Numbered from the stretch's first letter, positions 19,046 through 28,417 are shown. The stretch: DNA of 64,000 bases from Bacteroidales bacterium (GCA_003141895.1 PLNT01000036.1:117195-181194), one strand, 5' to 3'. Program-made: numbers and translations. Notes: a model not told the origin generated them from the sequence alone.

Positions 19046-19384
19046 ATGAGCGATATTCAAATACTGATAAATGAACTCGTTAAGTTCAGAGATGACCGGA
19101 ACTGGTCGCAATTTCATAAAACGAAAGATCTTGCCCTTGCAATATCGATTGAAGCTGCCGAGTTGAACGAGCTCTTTCTGTGGAAGACAACTGAGGAATC
19201 CGAACTTGTCGACAGGAATAAGCTGAAGGAGGAATTAGCGGATATTTTGGCATTCAGCCTTTTGCTTGCAGGGAAACATGGTTTTGATGTTAAGGATATC
19301 GTTCTTGAAAAGATTAAGAAGAACGGAGAGAAATACCCGATAGAAAAATCAAAAGGAACTGCAAAGAAGTATAATGAATTGTAG
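19046..19384 (+). CDS. MazG-like nucleotide pyrophosphohydrolase
   Basis: MSDIQILINELVKFRDDRNWSQFHKTKDLALAISIEAAELNELFLWK...ELADILAFSLLLA carries the EExxE/ExxD MazG signature. The start is moved to an internal Met. Confidence 0.8.
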   Translation: MSDIQILINELVKFRDDRNWSQFHKTKDLALAISIEAAELNELFLWKTTEESELVDRNKLKEELADILAFSLLLAGKHGFDVKDIVLEKIKKNGEKYPIEKSKGTAKKYNEL

Positions 19385-19396
19385 TTTTCTTGTTTA

Positions 19397-19448
19397 TGTC
19401 TTGCGGTCTTGCGGTCATAATGACGACATGACCGCACGACTGCATGAC
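19397..19448. terminator. bidirectional hairpin built from two inverted family-A octamer arrays
   Basis: TGTCTTGCGGTCTTGCGGTCAT-aatgacgac-ATGACCGCACGACTGCATGAC, followed by TTTTATTA. It lies between convergent genes ending at 19384 (+) and 19454 (-). Confidence 0.55.
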
Positions 19449-19453
19449 TTTTA

Positions 19454-19636
19454 TTATAAGGTGATAATAATATTCAGCAACTCCTGTTTTGTCTTTCCAA
19501 GCTTAAAAGCCAGCACTTTAATCATCTCTTCTTCCTTGCCTTCATCAAAACGCAAATCTTTATCAGTAAGTGTCTTATATCTCTTCAGAAGCTTTCCTTT
19601 CTTATCTTTCCAGTATCCTACTGAATCGGTTTTCAT
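19454..19636 (-). CDS. CsbD-like small stress protein
   Basis: 60 aa. The sequence KGKLLKRYKTLTDKDLRFDEGKEEEMIKVLAFKLGKTKQELLNIIITL resembles the CsbD pattern (K.kY..LTddDl...GK.d.l.g.lQ.klGktkee). A paralogue lies at 28235-28417. Confidence 0.55.
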   Translation of the reverse strand: MKTDSVGYWKDKKGKLLKRYKTLTDKDLRFDEGKEEEMIKVLAFKLGKTKQELLNIIITL

Positions 19637-19954
19637 AGTGGGCGCTATTGAAAATTATTTATATTAAGAGTGTTTATCAATGATTAATCAAATGGTATGC
19701 CAGAAAGCAATGGAAATTTATAATAATTAATTTCTGATGGCTAATGATCTTATTATCAAGTGATAGGAATAATTAGTTTTTTGGGGGGAAAATAGGCTTA
19801 TCGGAATTATTTTCTCAAAATGAGAATATTTTTAAGAATTTTAGAAACAGTAAAATCCATTAAACACTCCCATCTGCAAAGCCCGGGGTAAGAACACAAA
19901 GGTAAGCACAAAGAATTGCAAAGGTTAGAGTAACAAAACACTGCCAGGTGTTCT

Positions 19955-19994
19955 GGCCCTTAAGCCTTTGCGCCGTTATGTCTTTATGCCGTTT
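19955..19994 (+). repeat. octamer tandem array, family B
   Basis: GGCCCTTA AGCCTTTG CGCCGTTA TGTCTTTA TGCCGTTT. Confidence 0.9.
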
Positions 19995-20001
19995 AAAAAA
20001 G

Positions 20002-20050
20002 AATCACCTTACATCCAGGGTTGACCAATTTAATCCGGATGAAGGTGATT
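20002..20050 (-). terminator. orphan intrinsic-terminator-like hairpin
   Basis: AATCACCTT-a-CATCC ... GGATG-AAGGTGATT forms 14 bp in two segments. On the minus strand it is followed by CTTTTTT. No annotated minus-strand gene lies upstream. Confidence 0.5.
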
Positions 20051-20332
20051 AACGCAGAATAGTTTTCCCGGTCAGAACAATTTTTTGCTACAGGTATCTA
20101 ACTTTTGTACCCATCTGGCATTAAATTTAATGGAGTCAATACCATTTTACGAAGATACGGTTGAAGTATACATCTTACTTTTGTCAATGACCTTGCTGTT
20201 ATCTGCCTTTAGAACAAGCTTGTAGCGCTCATTTTTTCTTAGAGGCTGTCCTTAACAAAGGTGAGTTTATTAATCAGGGGAATTGTTACATAAAACCAAC
20301 AATGAATTACATAATTCGCAGTATTTTCTTAC

Positions 20333-20420
20333 GGTCCTGCGGTCTTGCTGTCTTGCTGTTCTGCTGTCTTGCAGTCTTGCTGTCCTTCTGATTGAAAGCC
20401 GTTACACCGTTACGCCGTTA
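20333..20420 (+). repeat. octamer arrays: family A x7 (20333-20390) then family B x3 (20398-20420)
   Basis: GGTCCTGC GGTCTTGC TGTCTTGC TGTTCTGC TGTCTTGC AGTCTTGC TGTCCTTC ... AGCCGTTAC ACCGTTAC GCCGTTA. It lies 69 nt upstream of the start at 20489. Confidence 0.9.
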
Positions 20421-20488
20421 ATAAAATTAGACGTATCTTGTCCTCATGTCCTTTACATATTCCGCTCATTAACAGAAAGGATAATGTT

Positions 20489-21187
20489 ATGTGTTTTTCA
20501 CCGGAAGCAAGTTTTGCAGGAGGCGTTATAATTTCTGCTATTGGTGTTGTTACTCTCAAAAAGATCCATAAACCTTCACAGATACTTTTTGCTTGTATCC
20601 CATTATTCTTTGGTTTTCAGCAATTTGCAGAAGGTTTTGTGTGGCTGACGCTCCCCATGCCTGATCATATTCTATTCCTGAAAATATTCGTTTATATATT
20701 CCTGATAACGGCGCAGGTCATATGGCCTGTTATGATTCCTCTTTCAGTGTTGCTGATGGAAAAGTCGAATAAGAAAAAAGAAACCTTGAAAGTTCTTCTC
20801 TTGATTGGAGTCGCATTATCGATGTACTATGCATTTTGTTTATTGAATTTTCATATCAATCCGCGGATTGAGGGCTTTCATATTATATACTATAATGACT
20901 TCCCCGAATCTCTTTCGATGATCGCTACCATAATCTATTTAATTGTAACGATACCGCCTCTCTTTATATCTAGCGTTAATAGAACTCATCTGCTTGGCAT
21001 ACTTATGACATTCTCATGTATAGTAACAGTAATCTTTTTCAAGCAATATCTTACATCGGTGTGGTGTTTCTTTGCAGCTCTTATCAGTGGGGTGATCTAT
21101 TGGATCTTAAATGATCTGCAAAAAGAATTCCTGTTATCCAGATTCAGGTTGATAAGAATACGTACGGGAAAGACGGAAGAGAAATAA
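20489..21187 (+). CDS. polytopic membrane protein (DUF6629-like by recollection)
   Basis: The start is moved to MCFSPEASFAGGVIISAIGV. It has about 7 TM helices. The upstream track codons derive from repeat arrays. Confidence 0.5.
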   Translation: MCFSPEASFAGGVIISAIGVVTLKKIHKPSQILFACIPLFFGFQQFAEGFVWLTLPMPDHILFLKIFVYIFLITAQVIWPVMIPLSVLLMEKSNKKKETLKVLLLIGVALSMYYAFCLLNFHINPRIEGFHIIYYNDFPESLSMIATIIYLIVTIPPLFISSVNRTHLLGILMTFSCIVTVIFFKQYLTSVWCFFAALISGVIYWILNDLQKEFLLSRFRLIRIRTGKTEEK

Positions 21188-21190
21188 AAA

Positions 21191-21252
21191 GTCGTGCAGT
21201 CTTTCAATCTTAAAGATTTTGCCTTTGCGCCTTTATGCCTTTGTATCTTTTA
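21191..21252 (+). repeat. octamer arrays: family A (21191-21212) then family B (21221-21252)
   Basis: GTCGTGCA GTCTTTCA ATCTTA ... GCCTTTGC GCCTTTAT GCCTTTGT ATCTTTTA. It starts 4 nt after the stop at 21187. Confidence 0.85.
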
Positions 21253-21271
21253 GTTACATGGATGAAAAAGA

Positions 21272-21300
21272 GGCACGGATTAAATATCCGCACCTTTTTT
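21272..21300 (+). terminator. weak hairpin followed by T6
   Basis: GGCACGGAT-taaat-ATCCGCACC has imperfect GG/CC plus CGGAT/ATCCG pairing and is followed by TTTTTT. Confidence 0.4.
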
Positions 21301-21301
21301 G

Positions 21302-21333
21302 AGCCTTTACGACATTAGGCCGTTATGCCGTTA
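21302..21333 (+). repeat. octamer tandem array, family B
   Basis: AGCCTTTAC GACATTAG GCCGTTAT GCCGTTA. The last unit overlaps the stop codon of the minus-strand gene ending at 21331. Confidence 0.85.
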
Positions 21334-22206
21334 ATTATTATAAGGAGCAATAACTTTCTTTACTAAAGTAATCGATGCTTTAATCCCTTCATCTTCACTT
21401 AAAATATTCCCTTCGTACTCAACATCGATGTATCCTGAATATTTTGAATCTGAAATTATCTTCATCATCTTTGCATAGTCAATCTGTGTCTCATTTCCTT
21501 CCGCATCAAAATCATGGGTTTTCCCGCTTACTCCCTTGGCATAAGGCATCATATCTGCTACGCCTTTATAACGGTCGTATTCATAAAAATTACCAAGATC
21601 GGGTAATGTTCCGCAGTTGGGTTTATTAACGGTTTTCATTATTTCAGCAAGCCATTTCCCTATTGAAGAATTACCTCCGTGATTTTCCACAATGACATTG
21701 ATACCATAATCAGCAGCATAGGTAGATAATTTGCTCAACCCATCAATAGCTGCAGCCTGCATCTGTCCCATTGTTCCACGACCAGCTGCATTAACTCTTA
21801 TTGAATGACAGCCTAAAAACTTTGCTGCTTTTACCCATTTGTAGTGATTCTCAACAGCTTTTGTCCTGACTGCCAAAGAAGTATCTGCAAGGTTTCCTTC
21901 GCCATCAACCATAATTATCAGACTTTTCACACCGTATTTTGAGCATGAGTCTTTTAATGCTGTAAGGTAAGCCTGATCTTCACCTTTTCCTTTAAAGAAT
22001 GTGGAAACATACTCCACAGCGTCGAGGTTATATGTCTTTTTTGCTATTCTTGGAAAGTCGAGATTAGTAATAGTTTTCCCGTTCCCCAATGCACGATGTA
22101 AGGACCATTCAGCAAGTGAGATCTTGAATTCTTGTTTCTGACCGAATAAATTTACGCTGATAAATCCCCCGATCAGCGCTGTTAATAAAAGAGATTTGAT
22201 TTTCAT
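21331..22206 (-). CDS. xylose-isomerase-like TIM-barrel protein (sugar phosphate isomerase/epimerase family), secreted
   Basis: 291 aa with a signal peptide. The blocks are VEYVSTFF, GCHSIRVNAAG, VIVENHGG and GYIDVEYEG. Confidence 0.75.
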   Translation of the reverse strand: MKIKSLLLTALIGGFISVNLFGQKQEFKISLAEWSLHRALGNGKTITNLDFPRIAKKTYNLDAVEYVSTFFKGKGEDQAYLTALKDSCSKYGVKSLIIMVDGEGNLADTSLAVRTKAVENHYKWVKAAKFLGCHSIRVNAAGRGTMGQMQAAAIDGLSKLSTYAADYGINVIVENHGGNSSIGKWLAEIMKTVNKPNCGTLPDLGNFYEYDRYKGVADMMPYAKGVSGKTHDFDAEGNETQIDYAKMMKIISDSKYSGYIDVEYEGNILSEDEGIKASITLVKKVIAPYNN

Positions 22207-22454
22207 ACTTATCGATTTTTAAAATTAATGACAAATTATTGAAAGTTAGGCTATCGCAATTTAATCAATTCTGTCATTTGAAATCTACTATCAAAATAAA
22301 TGGCAAAAGATTTAAGATTTATTAACATAAGTCAGTTACACCTTCATACCCCGCCCGAACAACTGAAGATTTCCTAAATCAAATAACTATGTATAGTTCA
22401 ATCGGGTGGGCTTTATGCCATTTTATTCGTAACTTTGGTTGAAACTTATATGAT

Positions 22455-23540
22455 ATGTACAACAGGATTAAAAGTTCCTTGGAGGGTTCGCTCATTGTAA
22501 ACCTGGCTGCATTAATAATAATTCTTGCCGGTGTGATCTACGCGAAAGCGATTATCGCTCCCATTTTGCTTGCACTTTTCATAAGTATAATCTGTGCACA
22601 ACCTATATCATGGCTTGAGAAAAAGAGAATACCAAGATGGATTGCACTTATAATTGTTTTATTGGGAATGATTGTACTTTTTTCAGGATTTGCTTTCGTT
22701 ATCGGAGGAACAATATCTTCTTTCTCAGGTAACCTTTCTAAATATGAAGCTTCACTTACCACGATGAACAACGATTTTATCGGGAGCTTAAATGAACAGG
22801 GTCTGAAAATTCAGTCCGATCAGTTATCAAATCTTATTCAGCCGGCAAAGATCCTCGAATACACGGCAAGCGTTTTGAATAAACTTGTTAATATGGTGGG
22901 AAATACATTACTCGTCTTTCTTATTGTTGTATTTATTCTTCTGGAATTCGGGAGCTTTTCTATTAAAGCCAGGGCAGTAAGGAGCGAGTCGAATAAGACC
23001 ATTCCTTATTTTTCAACCATTTCTCAAAGTATCAGGCATTACCTGGCTATTAAAACCGTATTGTGCATTTCAGTAGGAGTTCTTATCTATATAGCACTCC
23101 TGATCATTGGGGTTGATTATCCCTTGCTATGGGCTTTGATTGCAGGCCTGATGAATTATATTCCAAATATCGGATCTATCATCGCGACGATTCCGACGGT
23201 TCTCTTTGCCCTTATACAGATCGGTCCGGGCGGAGCTCTCTGGACACTGGTAGCCTCAATGGTAGTCCACAATATACTGGGTAATTTTCTTGAACCCAGG
23301 ATAATGGGTAAAGGTCTGGGATTATCGACACTCGTTGTATTTCTTTCCCTTTTGTTCTGGGGATTTGTGTTCGGGCTGGTGGGTATGTTCCTGTCAGTTC
23401 CTTTCACTATGACAATAAAGATTATCCTGGAACAAAATGAGAAGACAAAATGGATCGCAATACTTCTGGGAACACCTGCTGATGCTAAAGCCCATCTTGA
23501 AAAAAGGCAAACCAGGGAAGGAACGGGAACTGAAGAATAG
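22455..23540 (+). CDS. AI-2E family transporter (PerM-like permease)
   Basis: 361 aa with 8 TM helices. It carries the conserved LMNYIPNIGSIIA...HNILGNFLEPRIMGKGLGLS block. Confidence 0.85.
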   Translation: MYNRIKSSLEGSLIVNLAALIIILAGVIYAKAIIAPILLALFISIICAQPISWLEKKRIPRWIALIIVLLGMIVLFSGFAFVIGGTISSFSGNLSKYEASLTTMNNDFIGSLNEQGLKIQSDQLSNLIQPAKILEYTASVLNKLVNMVGNTLLVFLIVVFILLEFGSFSIKARAVRSESNKTIPYFSTISQSIRHYLAIKTVLCISVGVLIYIALLIIGVDYPLLWALIAGLMNYIPNIGSIIATIPTVLFALIQIGPGGALWTLVASMVVHNILGNFLEPRIMGKGLGLSTLVVFLSLLFWGFVFGLVGMFLSVPFTMTIKIILEQNEKTKWIAILLGTPADAKAHLEKRQTREGTGTEE

Positions 23541-23654
23541 TCTTGCATTCCTGAGGTCTTACGGTCTTACGGTCTTGCGGTCTTGCAGATAATTATCCTT
23601 CCAATAGGTATTCAGCCTTTATACCTTTACGCCTTTGCGCCATTATGCCTTTTA
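23539..23654 (+). repeat. octamer arrays: family A x6 (23539-23588) then family B x5 (23614-23654)
   Basis: AGTCTTGC ATTCCTGA GGTCTTAC GGTCTTAC GGTCTTGC GGTCTTGC ... AGCCTTTA TACCTTTAC GCCTTTGC GCCATTAT GCCTTTTA. It starts inside the stop codon at 23538-23540 and ends about 50 nt before the next start. Confidence 0.95.
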
Positions 23655-23704
23655 TCATTATCTTTGCCACCTTAAGTAAATCAAATTAAACATTAAGAAT
23701 TTAA

Positions 23705-24955
23705 GTGATATTCGATGAATTAGATCTGAATCCTGAGTTGCTGGAATCAATAGATTACATGGGCTTCAGGGAGACAACTCCAATCCAGGAAAAGGCCATT
23801 CCGGTTATATTGGCGGGAAGTGATCTCATAGCCTGTGCACAGACAGGAACAGGAAAAACGGCTGCCTTTCTGCTGCCTATAATGAATTTTATTTGTGCTA
23901 AACGCCCTGCTCATACACATACTCTTGTACTTGTACCCACACGGGAACTGGCCATCCAGATTGACCAGCAGGTCCAGGGATTGGCTTATACACTGAACAT
24001 TACATCATTAGCTGTATATGGTGGTGGTGATGGCAGCGGATGGGACCAGGAGAGAACAGCTCTTTCGAAGGGGGCCGATATTATTGTTGCTACACCGGGA
24101 AGGCTGATCTCACATCTTAACCAGGGTTATGTGAAATTCAACAAGATAGAAGTACTGGTTCTGGATGAAGCAGACCGGATGCTCGATATCGGATTTTACG
24201 ACGATATTATGCGTATAATTTCCTATTTGCCTAAAATTCGTCAGACATTGATGTTCAGCGCCACCATGCCCCCAAGCATAAGATCGATGTCGAAGCATAT
24301 TATGAAGAATCCGGTTGAGATTGCTCTCGAAAGGTCGAAGCCCGCAGAAGGGGTTATCCAGACAGTATACATGTTAAATGATAGTCAGAAATTACCTTTG
24401 ATAAACAGTATCATTGCTGACCACACTGAATACCGCAGTATATTGATATTCAGTTCCACAAAGAAGAAATTGAGTGAGATTGTGCGTGGACTCCGTTCAA
24501 AAGATTATCATGTTGAAGGCATTTCATCGGATCTTGAGCAAAAACAAAGGGAGGAGATGCTCGCCAGGTTCAAATCGCGAAAAACCCGTGTACTTGTTGC
24601 TACCGATGTGCTGAGTCGGGGAATCGATATTAAGGATATTGATATGGTAATAAACTTTGATGCTCCGTCTGATCCTGAGGATTATGTACACCGGGTCGGC
24701 CGTACTGCACGTGCTGAAACAACAGGTGCTGCTGTAACGCTTGTCAACAGGATGGATACAATCAAATTGCAGCGCATTGAGAAACTAATCGGATACCCGG
24801 TTCCCAGGCAGCCGGTACCTGCATTCATAGCGGAGCTGCATGATAAAACTCCTGGCAAACCTGCTGCCATGAAATCTGAAAAGCGTGGGTTTAAAAGGAG
24901 GTTTAATCAGAAAAAGAGGAGTAAAGGATTTGGTGGTCCCAGACGGGAAGCTTAA
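23705..24955 (+). CDS. DEAD-box ATP-dependent RNA helicase (RhlE-like)
   Basis: It has a Q-motif region, AQTGTGKT, PTRELA, DEAD (VLDEADRM), SAT and HRVGRTARA, plus a basic C-terminal tail. It appears to use a GTG start, with an in-frame stop immediately upstream. Confidence 0.9.
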   Translation: MIFDELDLNPELLESIDYMGFRETTPIQEKAIPVILAGSDLIACAQTGTGKTAAFLLPIMNFICAKRPAHTHTLVLVPTRELAIQIDQQVQGLAYTLNITSLAVYGGGDGSGWDQERTALSKGADIIVATPGRLISHLNQGYVKFNKIEVLVLDEADRMLDIGFYDDIMRIISYLPKIRQTLMFSATMPPSIRSMSKHIMKNPVEIALERSKPAEGVIQTVYMLNDSQKLPLINSIIADHTEYRSILIFSSTKKKLSEIVRGLRSKDYHVEGISSDLEQKQREEMLARFKSRKTRVLVATDVLSRGIDIKDIDMVINFDAPSDPEDYVHRVGRTARAETTGAAVTLVNRMDTIKLQRIEKLIGYPVPRQPVPAFIAELHDKTPGKPAAMKSEKRGFKRRFNQKKRSKGFGGPRREA

Positions 24956-24995
24956 AGTCTTAATGTCTTGCGGTCCTGTCGTCCTGCCGTCTTTT
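24956..24995 (+). repeat. octamer tandem array, family A
   Basis: AGTCTTAA TGTCTTGC GGTCCTGT CGTCCTGC CGTCTTTT. It starts at the first nt after the stop codon (24953-24955). Confidence 0.9.
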
Positions 24996-25046
24996 AGAGA
25001 GTCAATTCTCCCTTTCTCCCACTCTCCCAAACACCATATCTTTCTC

Positions 25047-25460
25047 CTATTCGCATGATCTGTAAGTGGGATTCCCCTTGGCCGGTCCGAACCACCTGTA
25101 TCTATACTTCGCAATAACATCATATACCGGATCTCTAATGAATCCGGGGACGATAATAAACATGTAAAATACCGGCCACAAGCCATCAAGGCATTTTAAA
25201 ATATGCAGAACTGCATTGGATTTCGTGAAGATCTTATCATCCTGAATTAATAATACCGATCCTTTATTTACGTTTTTTGTTTGATAACGGTTAAGATAAT
25301 CCGCTGCCTTTTCCGATTCGAGAGGTATGAAACAGAATATTTGTATGCTGTCATTTTTTGCAATGAATTTGACAACATTATTGCACAGTTTGCAGGTACC
25401 ATCAAAAAGAATGATATACTTTTTCCCTTTTTTTTTATCTTCTGAAATCCCGTTTGACAT
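25047..25460 (-). CDS. DCC1-like thiol-disulfide oxidoreductase (DUF393)
   Basis: 137 aa. It has ILFDGTCKLCN at the N-terminus and a C-terminal VYDVIAKYRYRWFG block. Confidence 0.75.
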   Translation of the reverse strand: MSNGISEDKKKGKKYIILFDGTCKLCNNVVKFIAKNDSIQIFCFIPLESEKAADYLNRYQTKNVNKGSVLLIQDDKIFTKSNAVLHILKCLDGLWPVFYMFIIVPGFIRDPVYDVIAKYRYRWFGPAKGNPTYRSCE

Positions 25461-25536
25461 AATAAGCAGGTTTACCGTACAGATAGAAAATGTTTATCAG
25501 ATATAAAACACAAAACTCGGGATTCTGTTCAAGCCA

Positions 25537-25625
25537 GGTCTTGCAGTCTTGCGGTCGTGTGGTCTTCATCATTCAGCAAAGATATTTACGTTGTAAAATA
25601 TCTTTACGCCTTGGAGCCTTTGCAC
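25537..25625 (+). repeat. octamer arrays: family A (25537-25568) then family B (25600-25625) in a divergent promoter region
   Basis: GGTCTTGC AGTCTTGC GGTCGTGT GGTCTTCA ... ATCTTTAC GCCTTGGA GCCTTTGC AC. It lies 47 nt upstream of the start at 25672. Confidence 0.9.
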
Positions 25626-25671
25626 AAAGAAAGTAACAATATAAACAATAACATCAATTATTCGTTCGTAT

Positions 25672-26676
25672 ATGCAGAAACTGATAAACCATGACATTAT
25701 GAATCCAAATGCAATAAGAGAATTTACTTCTTCTTTTCAAAAAAGCAGAATCCTATTAAGTGGTTTTGAGCTTAATATTTTTACAAATATTGAGAAATCG
25801 GGCACTACAAACAAACAGATTGCCAACAATCTGAAATTAGATGAACATGCCTGTGAGCGTCTTATGAATGCCCTGGTAAGCTTAGGTTTTCTTAAAAAGC
25901 AAAACCAGTTATTCTTCAATACTGACGAAAGTTTTGCGTTTCTATCCCGGAAGAGTCCCGACTATTTAGGTGGTCTGATGCATTCAAACCATCTGTGGAA
26001 TACGTGGAGTAATCTGACGAAGGTTGTAAGAACCGGTGTCTCAGCTCATCCTGATGAAATTAATTCAAGAGGAGAAGACTGGCTCACACCTTTTATTACT
26101 GCGATGCACGACAGGGCAAAAAAGCAGGCTCCCGAGCAACTGGCAAGTATTGATTTGTCGGAAGTAAATTCTCTTCTGGATATCGGAGGTGGTTCAGGAG
26201 CATATTCTATGGAATTTGTTTCACGAAAGCCCGGACTTGAAGCAACTGTTTTTGATCTTCCTAATGTTGTACCGATAACAAAAACGTTTCTTGAGAAAGA
26301 AGGATTTTCGGGAAAAGTAAAGACTTCTGCCGGCGACTACACAACGGATGACCTGCCTGGGGGATTTGATATGGTATTTCTATCAGCTATTATTCACAGC
26401 AACTCGCTGGAGGTGAATCGCGCTCTGATAAAAAAATGCTTCGTCGCATTAAATAAGAATGGCCGGATTGTAATCCAGGACTGGATTATGAACAATGACC
26501 GGACGCAACCAACATCCGGAGCTGTCTTTGCAATAAATATGCTTGTTGGAACCGAATCGGGAGATTGTTTTACCGAGCAGGAAGTTTCAGGAATGTTAAG
26601 TGATTCAGGATTTAAAGAAATAACAATAACGGAATTTGAAACGGGGATTAGCAGGATGGCTGGGAGAAAGGAATAA
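25672..26676 (+). CDS. class I SAM-dependent O-methyltransferase (Methyltransf_2-like with N-terminal winged-helix dimerisation domain)
   Basis: 334 aa. The SAM motif I is LLDIGGGSGAYS. The acidic loop is VFDLPNV. The overall layout matches small-molecule O-methyltransferases. Confidence 0.75.
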   Translation: MQKLINHDIMNPNAIREFTSSFQKSRILLSGFELNIFTNIEKSGTTNKQIANNLKLDEHACERLMNALVSLGFLKKQNQLFFNTDESFAFLSRKSPDYLGGLMHSNHLWNTWSNLTKVVRTGVSAHPDEINSRGEDWLTPFITAMHDRAKKQAPEQLASIDLSEVNSLLDIGGGSGAYSMEFVSRKPGLEATVFDLPNVVPITKTFLEKEGFSGKVKTSAGDYTTDDLPGGFDMVFLSAIIHSNSLEVNRALIKKCFVALNKNGRIVIQDWIMNNDRTQPTSGAVFAINMLVGTESGDCFTEQEVSGMLSDSGFKEITITEFETGISRMAGRKE

Positions 26677-26677
26677 T

Positions 26678-26707
26678 TGTCTTGCGGTCATGCGGTCATG
26701 CGGTTCC
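26678..26707 (+). repeat. octamer tandem array, family A
   Basis: TGTCTTGC GGTCATGC GGTCATGC GGTTCC. It starts 2 nt after the stop at 26676. Confidence 0.9.
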
Positions 26708-26757
26708 CGTTTGCCCAATTATGTCGGCCGAAGTCCGAAGCCTAATGAACAAAGTAT

Positions 26758-28149
26758 TTATTTCTTTCTAAACAAACTCCACTCATTCCCCGGCATATCA
26801 CGGAGAAAATCTTTCTGAACATTATATTCCGGATGAGCATCCATGAACTTTTTTGCATAGAATGTTTCCCCGCAAGGATGACCCATAATTGCCCAGAACT
26901 GCATTTTTGACGCAAGCTTACTATCAGTCGCCTTTGCCTGCACTGCTCCTGCAGCGAAATATGCTGAACCCCATGTTACACCGTCAACACCTGCAGAATC
27001 TTCATCCAGATGGCCGCACAACGAAAAACGACCACCTTTTTCCTTATTCCGTGTTAAGTCAAAATGATCACTCATAAAAGATTTCGCAGACTGGATGTCA
27101 ATCTTACCCTTATTTTCTTTCATCAGATACTCCCATCTCTGACGGCGTATATTTGCTGAATTATCGGGTGCGAATTCATCAAATGATGTCTCTTCCTTCC
27201 GGAGCTTCTCATTTACCGGGAAATTAGCCCCGGTAAAATAGCCATCAGAAGTACGTTCAAGAAATTGATTTTTCAGTCCGAGTTCCAGACGTGCTATCTC
27301 TCCTGTCTTATTATCTCCTAATAACCAGGCGTTTGCATAGCCTCCGTTGTTCCTGTCAACCATTAATGAAACCCATTCGTCAATTGATGATGCATATTGA
27401 ATTGCTTTTCGTGCCCTGACAAATTCAGCCACCTGAGTTGTGTCGAATCCTTTAAAAGCTGAAATTGTGGTTTCGGTCGCAATAATTCCTGCACTGTTTA
27501 TATTAAAATCATCACCGCTGTGAATAAAACCAGGAAGAGCATCCATGAATATCCTGTTTCCCTTTTCCGGGACAATATCCATGATGATATTCCAACGTTC
27601 GCCAATGAGGTATTCACTCCAGTTATTATGAGCTATTACAATTTTGCCATCGGTTGTCCATGATCCGGTAGCTGCAAAGGCGCTGCAATGTTCCGGAGGA
27701 GTAGGTTTCTCCTGTTCTTCAAGCCATGGAACATAATAATCGGGTATTTCGAGGAAAGAATTTATTGCAACCATATCCTTTATGTCAATCTTTCCATTTC
27801 CTGATTTTGCATTTACGCCCGATGCAATCCCTTTCAGCTCCTCCTGGTATTCAGGAGGGATGTTGTGCCATAATATTCTGTAGGATTCATTCCTGTAGAA
27901 CTCCCAGTCGCGTCCGGTCATCTGTTTGTTCCTCACTTCCATCGCACCACGAAGGTCGATTATCTCATCAGCAAGAAGATAACCATGCTGGAAGCCAATA
28001 ACCTTTGGGGAACCTTCAAGATGGATCTGTATCCAACCATTTTTTTCTGTCCGGCTTGCCTTTGCCATCATCTGATCCAGCTGTGTCTTTTGAGTGCAGC
28101 TTACCAGTAAGCAAGAGAATGCTAATACGGAGATAAAGAGTTTTTTCAT
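26758..28149 (-). CDS. Ntn-hydrolase, C45 peptidase/acyltransferase-like (or phospholipase-B-like) lipoprotein
   Basis: 463 aa. The lipoprotein signal is LLVSCTQ. PPEHCSAFAATGSWTTDGKIVIAHNNW fits an N-terminal-nucleophile Cys exposed by autoprocessing. Confidence 0.5.
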   Translation of the reverse strand: MKKLFISVLAFSCLLVSCTQKTQLDQMMAKASRTEKNGWIQIHLEGSPKVIGFQHGYLLADEIIDLRGAMEVRNKQMTGRDWEFYRNESYRILWHNIPPEYQEELKGIASGVNAKSGNGKIDIKDMVAINSFLEIPDYYVPWLEEQEKPTPPEHCSAFAATGSWTTDGKIVIAHNNWSEYLIGERWNIIMDIVPEKGNRIFMDALPGFIHSGDDFNINSAGIIATETTISAFKGFDTTQVAEFVRARKAIQYASSIDEWVSLMVDRNNGGYANAWLLGDNKTGEIARLELGLKNQFLERTSDGYFTGANFPVNEKLRKEETSFDEFAPDNSANIRRQRWEYLMKENKGKIDIQSAKSFMSDHFDLTRNKEKGGRFSLCGHLDEDSAGVDGVTWGSAYFAAGAVQAKATDSKLASKMQFWAIMGHPCGETFYAKKFMDAHPEYNVQKDFLRDMPGNEWSLFRKK

Positions 28150-28234
28150 AAGGAGGTATCGATGTAATTACGATCCAAAAGATAGATAAATTATCTGAAT
28201 TTAATGTTCATTTCTTTTGCTCCTCCAAATTAGA

Positions 28235-28417
28235 TTATAGAGTTATAATCAGATTAAGCAATTCCTGATTTGATTTTCCGAGTTTATTACTCAGCAATTC
28301 CAACATGGCATTTTCCTCCCCCACTTTGAATTCCAGGTCTTTCTGAGAAAGATTCTGATACATTTTCAGGAGTTTTTCTTTTCTGGTATTCCAGTATCCT
28401 CCTTTATTCGCTTTCAT
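28235..28417 (-). CDS. CsbD-like small stress protein (paralogue of 19454-19636)
   Basis: 60 aa reading KEKLLKMYQNLSQKDLEFKVGEENAMLELLSNKLGKSNQELLNLIITL. It shares about half of its residues with the other copy, including the identical ELLN(I/L)IITL tail. Confidence 0.55.
   Translation of the reverse strand: MKANKGGYWNTRKEKLLKMYQNLSQKDLEFKVGEENAMLELLSNKLGKSNQELLNLIITL

Noticed and set aside
20100-20280. I considered a short protein-like frame (RYKLVLKADNSKVIDKSKMYTSTVSS) in the gene-free region as a small gene.
   Set aside because: It has no start codon, is bounded by stops after about 35 codons, and shows no recognisable family. At most it is a relic.
20333-20390. I considered the octamer arrays (this one and about 24 others) as CRISPR arrays.
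   Set aside because: The units are 8 nt and directly abutting, with no spacers. There is no leader and there are no cas genes. They are simple tandem repeats.
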